A program made the position numbers and the translations under genes. A DNA stretch of 64,000 bases from an uncultured bacterium (GTDB lineage: Bacteria > UBA8481): contig CAZCME010000021.1 of the NCBI GenBank assembly GCA_964499705.1, positions 1-64,000 of the forward strand, read 5' to 3'. Shown here piece by piece: positions 48,364 through 57,505 of this stretch. The notes beneath the pieces were generated by a model, which was not told where the DNA came from, ran no database searches, and saw only the letters and a program-made list of their open reading frames with translations. The first letter of the stretch is position 1; every line of letters starts with the position of its first letter.

Positions 48364-49298
48364 AGGAACACATTATCATCACGGGCGGAGCAGGATACAT
48401 CGGATCGGTGCTGGCGCGGGTGTTGCTGGAATCGGGCCGACGCGTCACGGTTCTGGACAATTTCCTCTATCGTCAGACCAGCCTTCTCGATTGCTGCGGC
48501 TTCGAGGATTTCCGCGTCGTCCGCGGGGACTGCCGCGACGAGTCGGTGGTCCGTTCGATCGCGAAGGACGCGGATGCCGTCATTCCGCTTGCGTGCCTCG
48601 TCGGCGCGCCTCTCTGCGATCGCGACCGGATCGGCGCGGAGTCCATCAACCGGGACGCCGTGCGGATGCTCTGCAGGATCCTCTCGCCCTCCCAGCGCAT
48701 CCTCTTTCCCGTGACTAACAGCGGATACGGGATAGGGGAGAAGGGGAAGTTCTGCACGGAGGATACGCCGCTCCGGCCGATCAGCCTCTACGGCACGACG
48801 AAGGTCGAAGCCGAGGCCGCGGTACTGGAACGGGAGAACTCGATCACCTTCCGGCTCGCGACGGTCTTCGGCGTTTCTCCGAGGATGAGACTGGATCTGC
48901 TGGTGAATGATTTCGTCTGGCGGGCGCTCTTCGATCGCGCGCTTGTCATCTTCGAGGGGCATTTCAAGAGGAATTACATCCACGTCAACGACGTCTGCAA
49001 GGTCTTCATGCACGGCATGGAGCATTTCGAAACCATGAAGGGGAAGCCGTACAATGTCGGGCTGGAGGAAGCGAACCTGTCGAAGATCGAGCTCTGCGAG
49101 GAAATCAAGAAGGTGATCCCGGGCTTCACCTGGTTCGAGGCGGCCGTCGGAGAGGATGTCGACAAGAGGGATTATATCGTCTCGAATCAGCGCATCCTGG
49201 CGACCGGCTACAGGCCCGACTGGACATTGGAGCGGGGCATCCGCCAGCTCATGACGGGCTACACGATCCTCAAGAGCGGGTTCCACTCCAACGTATGA
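48360..49298 (+). CDS. NAD-dependent epimerase/dehydratase
   Basis: TGGAGYIG, YGTTK, RLATVFG.SPRMRLDLLVN. Confidence 0.9.
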   Translation: MKEHIIITGGAGYIGSVLARVLLESGRRVTVLDNFLYRQTSLLDCCGFEDFRVVRGDCRDESVVRSIAKDADAVIPLACLVGAPLCDRDRIGAESINRDAVRMLCRILSPSQRILFPVTNSGYGIGEKGKFCTEDTPLRPISLYGTTKVEAEAAVLERENSITFRLATVFGVSPRMRLDLLVNDFVWRALFDRALVIFEGHFKRNYIHVNDVCKVFMHGMEHFETMKGKPYNVGLEEANLSKIELCEEIKKVIPGFTWFEAAVGEDVDKRDYIVSNQRILATGYRPDWTLERGIRQLMTGYTILKSGFHSNV

Positions 49299-50320
49299 TC
49301 ACCAGCCGGACACCGTTCCGCGTCTCCTTCTTCGGCGGCGGCACCGACTATCCCGTCTGGTTCCGGAGGAATCCCGGAGCCGTTCTCTCGACATCCATCG
49401 ACAAGTACTGCTACATCACGTGCCGGTATCTGCCGCCGTTCTTCGAATACAGCAGCCGCATCGTGTATTCGAAGATCGAGCTTGTGAAGACGCCCGACGA
49501 GATCCAGCATCCTGTCGTCCGGGAGGCACTGAAGTATCTCGGGATACGGGATGGCGTCGAAATCCGGCACGGGGCCGATCTTCCGGCGCGGACGGGGCTG
49601 GGATCCAGCTCGACATTCGCCGTCGGCCTCATTCATGCCCTGCATGCGATGCAGAACCGCATGTCCTCCAAGAATCAGCTTTCGACGGAAGCCATCCACA
49701 TCGAGCAGAATATCCTGAGAGAAAACGTCGGCTGCCAGGACCAGGTGATCTCCGCGCATGGCGGCTTGAACCGGATCGATTTTCATTCCGACGATTCCTT
49801 CACCGTATCGCCGGTGATTCTTCCGCCCGCCCGCGTGCGCGAGTTCAACGATCACCTGCTCCTCTTCTTCACCGGATTCACGCGCCTGGCGTCCGACATC
49901 GCGGGAGAACAGATCGAGAACACGGGCAGGAAGGAAAATGAGCTCATGCGGATGTACGACATGGTCGGCAAGGGAATCGACATGCTCGTGTCCGGAGCCG
50001 TCGAGTCCTTCGGCGAGATGCTGCACGAGGCGTGGACGCTGAAACGCACGCTCTCGTCGAAAGTGTCCACTCCTGCGATCGACGAGGTTTACAACGAGGC
50101 TCGTGCCGCGGGCGCCATCGGCGGCAAGCTCCTGGGCGCCGGCGGCGGCGGCTTCATGCTCCTGTTTGCCAGGCCCGCGGATCATGCCGCGATCAGGCAG
50201 CGCCTGTCGAAGTTTCTCTGCGTGCCATTTTCGTTCGAGACCTCCGGCAGCCAGATCATCGTTTACCAGCCCGATGCCATGGGGGACATTCTCCAACATT
50301 CCAACATTCAGAATGCATGA
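49295..50320 (+). CDS. hddA: GHMP kinase, D-glycero-alpha-D-manno-heptose-7-phosphate kinase-like
   Basis: RTPFRVSFFGGGTD, TGLGSSS, GCQDQ, GGKLLGAGGGG. Confidence 0.85.
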   Translation: MITSRTPFRVSFFGGGTDYPVWFRRNPGAVLSTSIDKYCYITCRYLPPFFEYSSRIVYSKIELVKTPDEIQHPVVREALKYLGIRDGVEIRHGADLPARTGLGSSSTFAVGLIHALHAMQNRMSSKNQLSTEAIHIEQNILRENVGCQDQVISAHGGLNRIDFHSDDSFTVSPVILPPARVREFNDHLLLFFTGFTRLASDIAGEQIENTGRKENELMRMYDMVGKGIDMLVSGAVESFGEMLHEAWTLKRTLSSKVSTPAIDEVYNEARAAGAIGGKLLGAGGGGFMLLFARPADHAAIRQRLSKFLCVPFSFETSGSQIIVYQPDAMGDILQHSNIQNA

Positions 50321-50405
50321 CTTGCGATTGCAACGCCGGCAATTTTTCGTTACTCTTTCTCTAAGTCGAGCATCCTGAATGTTGGAATGTTGGAGAATGT
50401 CCCCC
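50281..50405. repeat. 125-bp element with perfect 31-bp terminal inverted repeats
   Basis: GGGGGACATTCTCCAACATTCCAACATTCAG (50281-50311) is the exact reverse complement of 50375-50405. Confidence 0.92.
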
Positions 50406-51101
50406 TGCCTCATCCTCTGCGGGGGACTGGGCACACGGCTCCAGTCCGTCATGCAGGGACGTCAGAAAGTGATGGCTGATATCGACGAGCGGCCCTTCCT
50501 GGAAATTCTAGTGGGGTATCTCGCGGCTCAAGGGTTCCGCAGGTTCATTTTCTGCGCGGGTTTTGGCGCGGATGCGGTGGAAGAGCACTTTGCCCGGAAC
50601 CGGCCGAAGGGTGTGACGATCATGGTGTCGCGCGAGGAGGCGCCCCTGGGGACAGCCGGCGCCGTCAAGAATGCCGAAGGACTGATATCGTCCGATCGAT
50701 TCTTTGTGGTCAACGGGGATTCCTTCTGTCCCTTCTCCTGTTCGGAGATGCATGACTCGCACCTGGCCAGGGGTGCGGCCGCGTCCATTGCGCTTGTATC
50801 CGCGGAACCGACCAGCGACGGCGGGTTCGTTCAACTCGATGAAGGAAGCCGGATTGTCGGATTCCGCGAGAAATCGCACGCCGGTTCTTTCTCCTATCTG
50901 AATGCGGGAACGTATCTGTTGGAGAGAACCATCCTGGGGCGGATTCCGGTGGGCCGGAAATATTCTTTCGAGACGGAGCTTTTCCCCGAGCTCCGGGAGG
51001 AGAAACTGTTCGGCTTTGATACGCGGAGCAGGCTTTATGACATCGGCACGCCGGAGCGGCTCGCTCTGTTTCGCCGGGCCTGCAAAGAGATATTAGCCTG
51101 A
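50379..51101 (+). CDS. hddC: Sugar-1-phosphate nucleotidyltransferase (HddC-like guanylyltransferase); start 50379 or 50397
   Basis: LCGGLGTRL, PLGTAGA, NGDS, DIGTPE; adjacent to hddA. Confidence 0.8.
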   Translation: MLECWRMSPCLILCGGLGTRLQSVMQGRQKVMADIDERPFLEILVGYLAAQGFRRFIFCAGFGADAVEEHFARNRPKGVTIMVSREEAPLGTAGAVKNAEGLISSDRFFVVNGDSFCPFSCSEMHDSHLARGAAASIALVSAEPTSDGGFVQLDEGSRIVGFREKSHAGSFSYLNAGTYLLERTILGRIPVGRKYSFETELFPELREEKLFGFDTRSRLYDIGTPERLALFRRACKEILA

Positions 51102-51110
51102 GCAGAGGGT

Positions 51111-51143
51111 AAAAAAAAACCGCCCCTCCCGAAGGAGAGGCGG
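51111..51143 (-). terminator. Rho-independent terminator of the surface-protein gene
   Basis: Minus strand CCGCCTCTCC-ttcg-GGAGGGGCGG followed by T9. Confidence 0.9.
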
Positions 51144-51159
51144 CTTGAAGTCGAAAAAC

Positions 51160-52728
51160 TTATGCGCGGCGACGTGCGACGGTCATGAGACCGAAGCCGG
51201 CGACGATCATGGTGATGAAGAAGCCTGTGTAGTAACCGGAGGTCATGAGGCGGCCGATCGCCGTGGAGAGGATCGTGTCGCGCACGCCTCGCAGCGACGG
51301 CATGATGCCGGCAAGACCCGTTCCGCCGACCGCGTTGTTAATGACGCAGTTGTCATTGTCAACGGCCGAGGGCGTGGAAGTGGCGTTGACCGTTCCCATG
51401 GCGTATTCGGAGAACTCATCAATGTAGGCAACGAGCGTTCCGCTGGCGGAGTCCGGCGTGGAGGCCGAAACTGCTTCCCAGGTGTTCGTCGCCGCATCGC
51501 GATGCAGCAGGCGGATGTTGGATGCCTGGGCGGAAGAAAGACCGCCGAAGTTGTACTTGATGACGAGAAGGAACCGTGCGCCGCTGATCTGCGTGATCGG
51601 GTTGCCGCCGGCGTCGAAGAGATTGATGGCGATGACGGTGTTCGCGAGCCGCGTGTCGAATCCGGATGTGTTCGAATCGACATTGGCGTAATTGTCAGAC
51701 TTGACCGCGCCGTCTCCGGCGGGATCGAGGAGCTGAACTGTGGTGACGGTCGGTGTGGACGGCTGGAGCGTGATATCGAAGCGGCTCAATTGGCCTACGA
51801 GCGGAGCATTGTTGTGAAGCACGTAGGTGAAGGTTCCGGCCCCGCCTGTAACGGCGTTGTCGGCGCTTCCGGCGTTGATCTGGCCGGTGATGAATCCATA
51901 CTTCGCCTGGGCCGCATCCCAGTAAATGATGACGACCTTGTTAATGCCAGTCTCGAATCGGACCATCGGGGAGAGCCAAGTGGAGTCGAGGCAGGCCACT
52001 CCGGAGATCTGGTTCCGTGTCATCTGAGAATCGCCGACGATCTTGCCGGCGGGGCTGATGACGATGATGCGCATGGTGTCGTTCGTGTTGGAGTCGATTC
52101 CGGACCGGACGACGACCGCAATACGGGTTTCCGTCACGGCGGCGGTTCGCGTTACGGAATCGCCTGCTGACATGATATTCGACATCGGATACTGGGAATT
52201 AACCGTTCCGCCAGCGGTGGTGCGCGTGGAATCGCCGAATTCGACGGCCGTCGAGGAGAATCTTCCCCCGCCGTAGCCGAACTTCGATGTGCAGGTGCCG
52301 GAGTTGCTGGTGAGCGTGCCGGACCAGGAACCGCTTGATGTGGCCGAATCGGTGAAGGTCGTCGACACGGAGGTGCGAGCCGTATCGCTCATCTGGACAT
52401 AGAACGAGCTGGCGCTGTTGAGAGTAGATGCCGCCTTACCCGTGAGAAGCTTGCCCGTGCCGCCGCGACCGTCGATCGTGCCGGGAAAGGCGAGCCATGT
52501 GTCCGCAAGACGGCCGTTGGCAAAGAAGATGCCGTTGCGAACCGAGCTGTCGGAATTATTGAGAGTGAACAAGCCGACGCCGGTGTCGAGCGAATTCGTC
52601 GAGCTGTTCAGCGTCAATTCATGCGCGCCTTCCGTGCTGTTGTTCACGACGGTCGCCACCGCGACCCCTACGAGCGCCGCTACCATCGCGATCGCTGCCA
52701 GATAACCATGCCGTTTATACATTCTCAT
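51160..52728 (-). CDS. Secreted S/T/G/N-rich surface protein with CFI-box-CTERM-like C-terminus
   Basis: Signal peptide; C-terminal CVINNAVGG...LRGVRDTIL...GRLMTSGYY, then TM and RRRA; SD GAGGTG; own terminator. Confidence 0.8.
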   Translation of the reverse strand: MRMYKRHGYLAAIAMVAALVGVAVATVVNNSTEGAHELTLNSSTNSLDTGVGLFTLNNSDSSVRNGIFFANGRLADTWLAFPGTIDGRGGTGKLLTGKAASTLNSASSFYVQMSDTARTSVSTTFTDSATSSGSWSGTLTSNSGTCTSKFGYGGGRFSSTAVEFGDSTRTTAGGTVNSQYPMSNIMSAGDSVTRTAAVTETRIAVVVRSGIDSNTNDTMRIIVISPAGKIVGDSQMTRNQISGVACLDSTWLSPMVRFETGINKVVIIYWDAAQAKYGFITGQINAGSADNAVTGGAGTFTYVLHNNAPLVGQLSRFDITLQPSTPTVTTVQLLDPAGDGAVKSDNYANVDSNTSGFDTRLANTVIAINLFDAGGNPITQISGARFLLVIKYNFGGLSSAQASNIRLLHRDAATNTWEAVSASTPDSASGTLVAYIDEFSEYAMGTVNATSTPSAVDNDNCVINNAVGGTGLAGIMPSLRGVRDTILSTAIGRLMTSGYYTGFFITMIVAGFGLMTVARRRA

Positions 52729-52817
52729 ATCTCACCTCGTGTAGATCCTTTGCCTTTGTATTTCCCCCCCGCTCTGCGGGGCCGCGCCGTTCGTGTGCGA
52801 ACAGCAACTATGCCGAA

Positions 52818-52847
52818 TTAATATCGACAAGTGGGGATTATAGTCAA
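52818..52847 (-). promoter_or_regulatory. Sigma-70-like promoter
   Basis: TTGACT-18 nt-TATTAA in an AT-rich intergenic region. Confidence 0.45.
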
Positions 52848-52996
52848 GCCCTGTACAAACAAAAGATAAAAGTATTCCACAATAACAGCACCAAAACAGT
52901 GCCGTTTATTATTGCATCAGCCTTAAAATGGAGGTCGGCAGGGAATCATCCGTGGTAACGAGAGAACAAGAGCCCCAAACGAAGATCTGAGAACTA

Positions 52997-53845
52997 CTAA
53001 GCCGTCACCGACAGAGAAGAGTCAAGCCCAAGCGAGTCGTCGGAAAAATACGATTCCATCTCCTTGATCGAAGCCTCCGTATGTTCCACCTGCTTCACGA
53101 TCGCGTCAAGCTCCTGCGAGATCGCCTGCGGATCCCGCAGTGCGATGGATTTCTGATGGAGCAGTTCCAGGAGTGAAGCGAGCGAATCAAGCTCGGCCGC
53201 GAGCGCGATCTGTGTCGATTCCAGTTCGTTCTGGGAATCAAGCAGTCGCTTCTTGAGGGACAGGTTCTTCTCCAGCGCTTCCCGCGCGCGCCCCTTGATC
53301 CCGGGTGACGTCAGCTCCCGCTCCAGCCGTTCGATCGCATTCCGGATGGAACGCGAATCGCGCTGCTCCAGAAATTTCTCATACCGAAAAAGCGCGACCA
53401 GCCGCTGGAGGCATCCGTTCAGGATGGCATCCATCTTGGAGCTCTGTTCCGAGAGATAGACCTTGGAGATCCCCGACAGCGTCGAGTAATTGCTCTCGAT
53501 CTGCCGGCAGAGATCTTTCAGTTCCTGGTAACGCTTGGACCGCATCGGATCGAGCGATTGAACCATCCGTTCCCGCGCTTCCGCCGCACGTTGCCTCAGC
53601 TGGCCGGCCTTTTTGAGGTTGACCATCCTGCGGAAAATGGGCGTGTCGAGGAGCGGGATGAGAATGCATTCGCCGCCGAGCCAGATGAGAATCGGGAGGG
53701 GATTGAGGGTCAGGAGAGACGCGGCGGCCGCGCCGCCGGCGAGAATCATCTGATACTGGTTGAAGAGGAGATCCTTGAGAATGGAATGCCCGACGTCGGA
53801 AACGGAAGAAAGAGCCTCCTCCGTCGTTATGCGTTCTTCAGCCAT
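52997..53845 (-). CDS. Hypothetical protein, N-terminal membrane hairpin plus coiled coils
   Basis: Two adjacent hydrophobic segments followed by long heptad-rich helices. Confidence 0.8.
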   Translation of the reverse strand: MAEERITTEEALSSVSDVGHSILKDLLFNQYQMILAGGAAAASLLTLNPLPILIWLGGECILIPLLDTPIFRRMVNLKKAGQLRQRAAEARERMVQSLDPMRSKRYQELKDLCRQIESNYSTLSGISKVYLSEQSSKMDAILNGCLQRLVALFRYEKFLEQRDSRSIRNAIERLERELTSPGIKGRAREALEKNLSLKKRLLDSQNELESTQIALAAELDSLASLLELLHQKSIALRDPQAISQELDAIVKQVEHTEASIKEMESYFSDDSLGLDSSLSVTA

Positions 53846-53854
53846 GGAAGCGCG

Positions 53855-54526
53855 TCAGGAAGACGGCCGGGAGAGCGATATCGGATTTTCTGAAGTGATG
53901 AAGGGAGCCAGCGCGTTGTAGAGCCTGGATTCCTCGGTTTCTTTTTTTCGTCGCCACGCGGCGAGCTGGGCTTTCGTTTCCGCGATGCGCTGCTGGTTGC
54001 CGTCGATTTGTTCCTGGGTTTTCTTCTTCAGGTCCTCGATCTCCGCCATGAGCTTCATATTTTCTTCCCGGAGCGCGATTTCCTCTTCCGCGACCTTCCT
54101 GGAATAGGCGGCGTCGTATTCGTCCAGGGCCTTGTCCCGATCCCGCGCGTCACGGATGATGTCGGCGAAGGGTACAGGGCCTCCGGGCAGACCTTTCAGG
54201 ATGCCCGCGAAGAATTTCGCCAGCGTTCCTCCGTCCATGCCGCGAAATTCCTCGGCGTTCATCATCTCGATCAACTTCAAGACGGTGAATCCGTGCGCGG
54301 GCGCCTTGATCCCGGCCTTTTCGTAGATGCGCTCGACATCGACCGTGAGATCGGAACTGTCCGGGGATGGCGGCAGGATCTCCGGCGCCGGAATCGGTCG
54401 ATCGGGCAGGAGGCTTTCCGGGGAATCTGATTCGCCTTGAGGAGCGGTCGCCGGAGAATCCGACGGAGACATCCCGTCGGTGGAGACGAGCCCCAGCTTT
54501 TCTAACAGTTGCGTCACTCCCGCCAT
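53855..54526 (-). CDS. Hypothetical coiled-coil protein
   Basis: Amphipathic N-terminus (LLEKLGLV), P/S/D linker, C-terminal coiled coil. Confidence 0.8.
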   Translation of the reverse strand: MAGVTQLLEKLGLVSTDGMSPSDSPATAPQGESDSPESLLPDRPIPAPEILPPSPDSSDLTVDVERIYEKAGIKAPAHGFTVLKLIEMMNAEEFRGMDGGTLAKFFAGILKGLPGGPVPFADIIRDARDRDKALDEYDAAYSRKVAEEEIALREENMKLMAEIEDLKKKTQEQIDGNQQRIAETKAQLAAWRRKKETEESRLYNALAPFITSENPISLSRPSS

Positions 54527-54533
54527 ATGCGAG

Positions 54534-54563
54534 AATATACGCCCCCTGGCATGCGCGGGTCAA
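54534..54563 (-). promoter_or_regulatory. Sigma-70-like promoter, probably leaderless transcript
   Basis: TTGACC-18 nt-TATATT, 7 nt before ATG 54526. Confidence 0.6.
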
Positions 54564-54599
54564 GTTCTCCCGGCGCCGGGCCGGAAAGGCGATGAAACC

Positions 54600-55379
54600 G
54601 TGACGGATCAATTTCGCAGATACGCCATTTTCTTCGCGCTCGTCGCGATTCTGCTGACGGGAATCCTTCTCTTCGACACAGCCGATTTTACACCCGCTGG
54701 GGGCGAACAAGTCGGGGAACGGGTGCCTGGAGGCGAAGCCGATGAGGCGAAGGAGATCGAGAATGACGAGTTTGAGAACGATCCGATTCGTGCATCGTTC
54801 GGCGATTCTCTTCTCGTCACAGGACCCGACGGGAATTCGGGCTGGAGTGAAGCCGGGCCGGATTCGCGGCCGGGAATGGAAATACGAACTCTGCCGCCCG
54901 GAAGCGTCACGGAATCGACCGCGAGTGGCGGTCGAGGCAGACACGCGCGAACGATCGCCGGATCGCGAAGACCCGGCGACACGGACATGGTGGCGATTGT
55001 CAGCGGAATCGCCAGCCGGGGGGATTACAGGACAGCTGCGGATATCATCGCGCGGAGCGTGGAAGGGAAGGCGTTGGCGGAATCGATGGGCGTGGACCCT
55101 CACGTCATACGGGAATCCATGGCTCTGGCGTTGTCACGCTACCTGAGCAGGCCTCCGACGAAAAATGTCGATGCCGAGACGCGCCGATTGATGGCGGACA
55201 CGCGAGTGAAGTGCCTGATCGGAGCGATGGAAATGCGGGAGAGCGACATGGAAGCCGTCGTGGAGGAATTTCTCCGGCGGCGCGTCACGAGCGGGGACTT
55301 GAAGCCGGCTCGCACCGTGCCTGAGGAGATCAAGCCGCGCGACTATGAACCTGTATCCGCGGAGCCTCTTCGGTATTAG
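54600..55379 (+). CDS. Hypothetical membrane-anchored protein
   Basis: GTG start, single N-terminal TM, acidic linker; directly upstream of the regulator. Confidence 0.6.
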   Translation: MTDQFRRYAIFFALVAILLTGILLFDTADFTPAGGEQVGERVPGGEADEAKEIENDEFENDPIRASFGDSLLVTGPDGNSGWSEAGPDSRPGMEIRTLPPGSVTESTASGGRGRHARTIAGSRRPGDTDMVAIVSGIASRGDYRTAADIIARSVEGKALAESMGVDPHVIRESMALALSRYLSRPPTKNVDAETRRLMADTRVKCLIGAMEMRESDMEAVVEEFLRRRVTSGDLKPARTVPEEIKPRDYEPVSAEPLRY

Positions 55380-55391
55380 CATGGAGACGAT

Positions 55392-56741
55392 ATGGCCGGT
55401 CTGAAAACACTCATCGTCGAGGACGATCCCACTGTGCGCGCTTTCATGAAGGAAGTCTGCGCGGGACTGGGGCATGACGTGTCCGCCGTCGCCCGCGGCG
55501 ACGAGGCCGCCGTCCGGATCGAGAAAGAACGGTTTCACCTCGTGATCACGGATGTGAGACTTCCTGGCAGGAGCGGGATCGAGATTCTTAAGCTTGCCAG
55601 GGCGAAGCACCGCGCGACCCAGGTCGTGCTCATGACGGCGTTTCCCACGGTGGAAATGGCGGTCGACGCCATGAAGGAAGGAGCCGTCGATTTTCTCCAG
55701 AAGCCGTTCACCGCCGACATCGCGGAGTGCGTGATTCGCGGCGCTCTGGAGAAGATCGAGCTCAAGAAGGAAATAGAGGCTCTTTCGCGCGAGCTTCCCG
55801 TGGACCGGATGATCGGAATCGACACGGGTTTACGGGACGTGAATGTCCTCATTGACCGCGTGGCGGTGGGCGACGCGAGCGTTTTGATTCGAGGTGAAAG
55901 CGGTTCGGGCAAGGAGCTTGTCGCGCGGGAAATCCATAGGCGCTCCGCGCGCGCCGCGAAACGGCTCGTCACGCTCCACCTGCCCTCGATTCCCGACACG
56001 CTGGTCGAAGCGGAACTCTTCGGCCACGACAAGGGCGCCTTCACCGGCGCCTTGAAGGAACGCACCGGCCTGCTGGAACTCGCCGATGGAGGAACGATCT
56101 TCCTGGATGAAATCGGCGACCTCTCGCCGACCACGCAGGCGAAACTGCTCCGTTTCCTCCAGGAACGGAAGTTCAGGCGTGTCGGGAGCAACGAGGAGAT
56201 CGACGTGAACGTCCGGGTGATCTGCGCGACGCACCGCGACCTCGGCGCGGATGTCGCGGCGAATCGCTTCCGTGAGGATCTCTTCTATCGCTTGAACGTC
56301 GTGCCGATCCGGGTGCCGGCGCTCAGGGAAAGGAAAACGGATATTCCGGAGCTGGTGGAATATTTCATATCCAAGTATGCATCCAGGCTGGGTTCAACGG
56401 TCCGGCGCGCCGCTCCGTCTGTGTTGGAAGCCTATACGGGTTATTCCTGGCCTGGAAATGTGCGCGAGCTCGAGAATGTCGTCTCCCGCGCGCTGGCCTT
56501 GACGCAGGGCGAGGAATTGACGGAGTCCCATCTCGATGCGATCCCGTCGCGTCCGCGTGACGAGTTCGAAGCGCTCCGGCTCGGGCAATTTTCATTGCCG
56601 GAACATGTGGCGTCGGTCGAGCAGGCCGCGATCAGGACCGCGTTGGAACTGGAGCAGGGTGTGAAGGCGAAGGCCGCGCTCCGCCTGGGCATCAAGCGGA
56701 CGACGCTCGTGGAGAAAATGGCGAAATACGGGATGGCTTGA
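55392..56741 (+). CDS. Sigma-54-dependent response regulator
   Basis: Receiver domain, GESGSGKE, ELFGHDKGAFTGA, WPGNVREL, HTH (LGIKRTTL). Confidence 0.95.
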   Translation: MAGLKTLIVEDDPTVRAFMKEVCAGLGHDVSAVARGDEAAVRIEKERFHLVITDVRLPGRSGIEILKLARAKHRATQVVLMTAFPTVEMAVDAMKEGAVDFLQKPFTADIAECVIRGALEKIELKKEIEALSRELPVDRMIGIDTGLRDVNVLIDRVAVGDASVLIRGESGSGKELVAREIHRRSARAAKRLVTLHLPSIPDTLVEAELFGHDKGAFTGALKERTGLLELADGGTIFLDEIGDLSPTTQAKLLRFLQERKFRRVGSNEEIDVNVRVICATHRDLGADVAANRFREDLFYRLNVVPIRVPALRERKTDIPELVEYFISKYASRLGSTVRRAAPSVLEAYTGYSWPGNVRELENVVSRALALTQGEELTESHLDAIPSRPRDEFEALRLGQFSLPEHVASVEQAAIRTALELEQGVKAKAALRLGIKRTTLVEKMAKYGMA

Positions 56742-56742
56742 A

Positions 56743-57504
56743 TTGCCGCACTGCCTTCTCGCTCTCCTGTTGCTCGGTTCCCCCATGGAAACGGTCCATC
56801 ATCTTTCGCTCGCCATCGGCCCTCGACCCGCGGGATCGGATTCGGAGCAGCTCGCGGCAACATGGCTGGCGGATCAACTGGCCGCCGCCGGATACACAGT
56901 CGAGATCGACACGTTCCCGGTGCCGGGCCGCGGAGTTTCCAGAAACGTCATCGGCACCATGGGGGCCTCGCCGCGGCGGCTCATCGGGGCGCACTACGAT
57001 ACCAAAAAGCGGTCGCCGGGCGCCGATGACAATGCATCGGGATGTGCCGTCATCCTGGAGTTCGCTCGACGCCGCGCCCGTTCGGGCGAGCCCCTTGCCT
57101 TCGTATTTTTCGGCGCGGAGGAGATGCAGACCATGCGATTCCAGGATCACCATTATGGATCGCGCCACCTTGCCGCGCGTCTGCCGGCGGGGATGATCGA
57201 GGATGTCACGATCGTCGACATGATCGGCATGGGAAAAGACCTGAGAGTCCGCAGCTTGACCATCAACGGCCAGGTGGAGCGGATGCTTCTGGCGGCGCGT
57301 CGGATCAATAAGAACGCGCTCTACATGCCGGATCGGAGCGGGTTAAGCGACCATGAGTCCTTCGAGCGGCGCGGATATCATGCCGCCTGGCTCGAACGGC
57401 GCCCCAGTCCCTTCTATCATTCGCCCCAGGATCGCGTTGTCCGGCAGGAATATCTCGACGAAGCCATCAGGATTCTCGAGGAGACGTTTCCCGGTAAAGA
57501 TTGA
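56743..57504 (+). CDS. M28 family metallopeptidase
   Basis: GAHYD, GADDNASG, FGAEE, DMIG, SDH, YHSPQD. Confidence 0.9.
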   Translation: MPHCLLALLLLGSPMETVHHLSLAIGPRPAGSDSEQLAATWLADQLAAAGYTVEIDTFPVPGRGVSRNVIGTMGASPRRLIGAHYDTKKRSPGADDNASGCAVILEFARRRARSGEPLAFVFFGAEEMQTMRFQDHHYGSRHLAARLPAGMIEDVTIVDMIGMGKDLRVRSLTINGQVERMLLAARRINKNALYMPDRSGLSDHESFERRGYHAAWLERRPSPFYHSPQDRVVRQEYLDEAIRILEETFPGKD

Positions 57505-57505
57505 T

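Noticed and set aside
52729-52810. c-di-GMP riboswitch in the surface-protein leader (GGCAAA seen)
   Set aside because: The rest of the GEMM consensus and its second stem are not recognisable.
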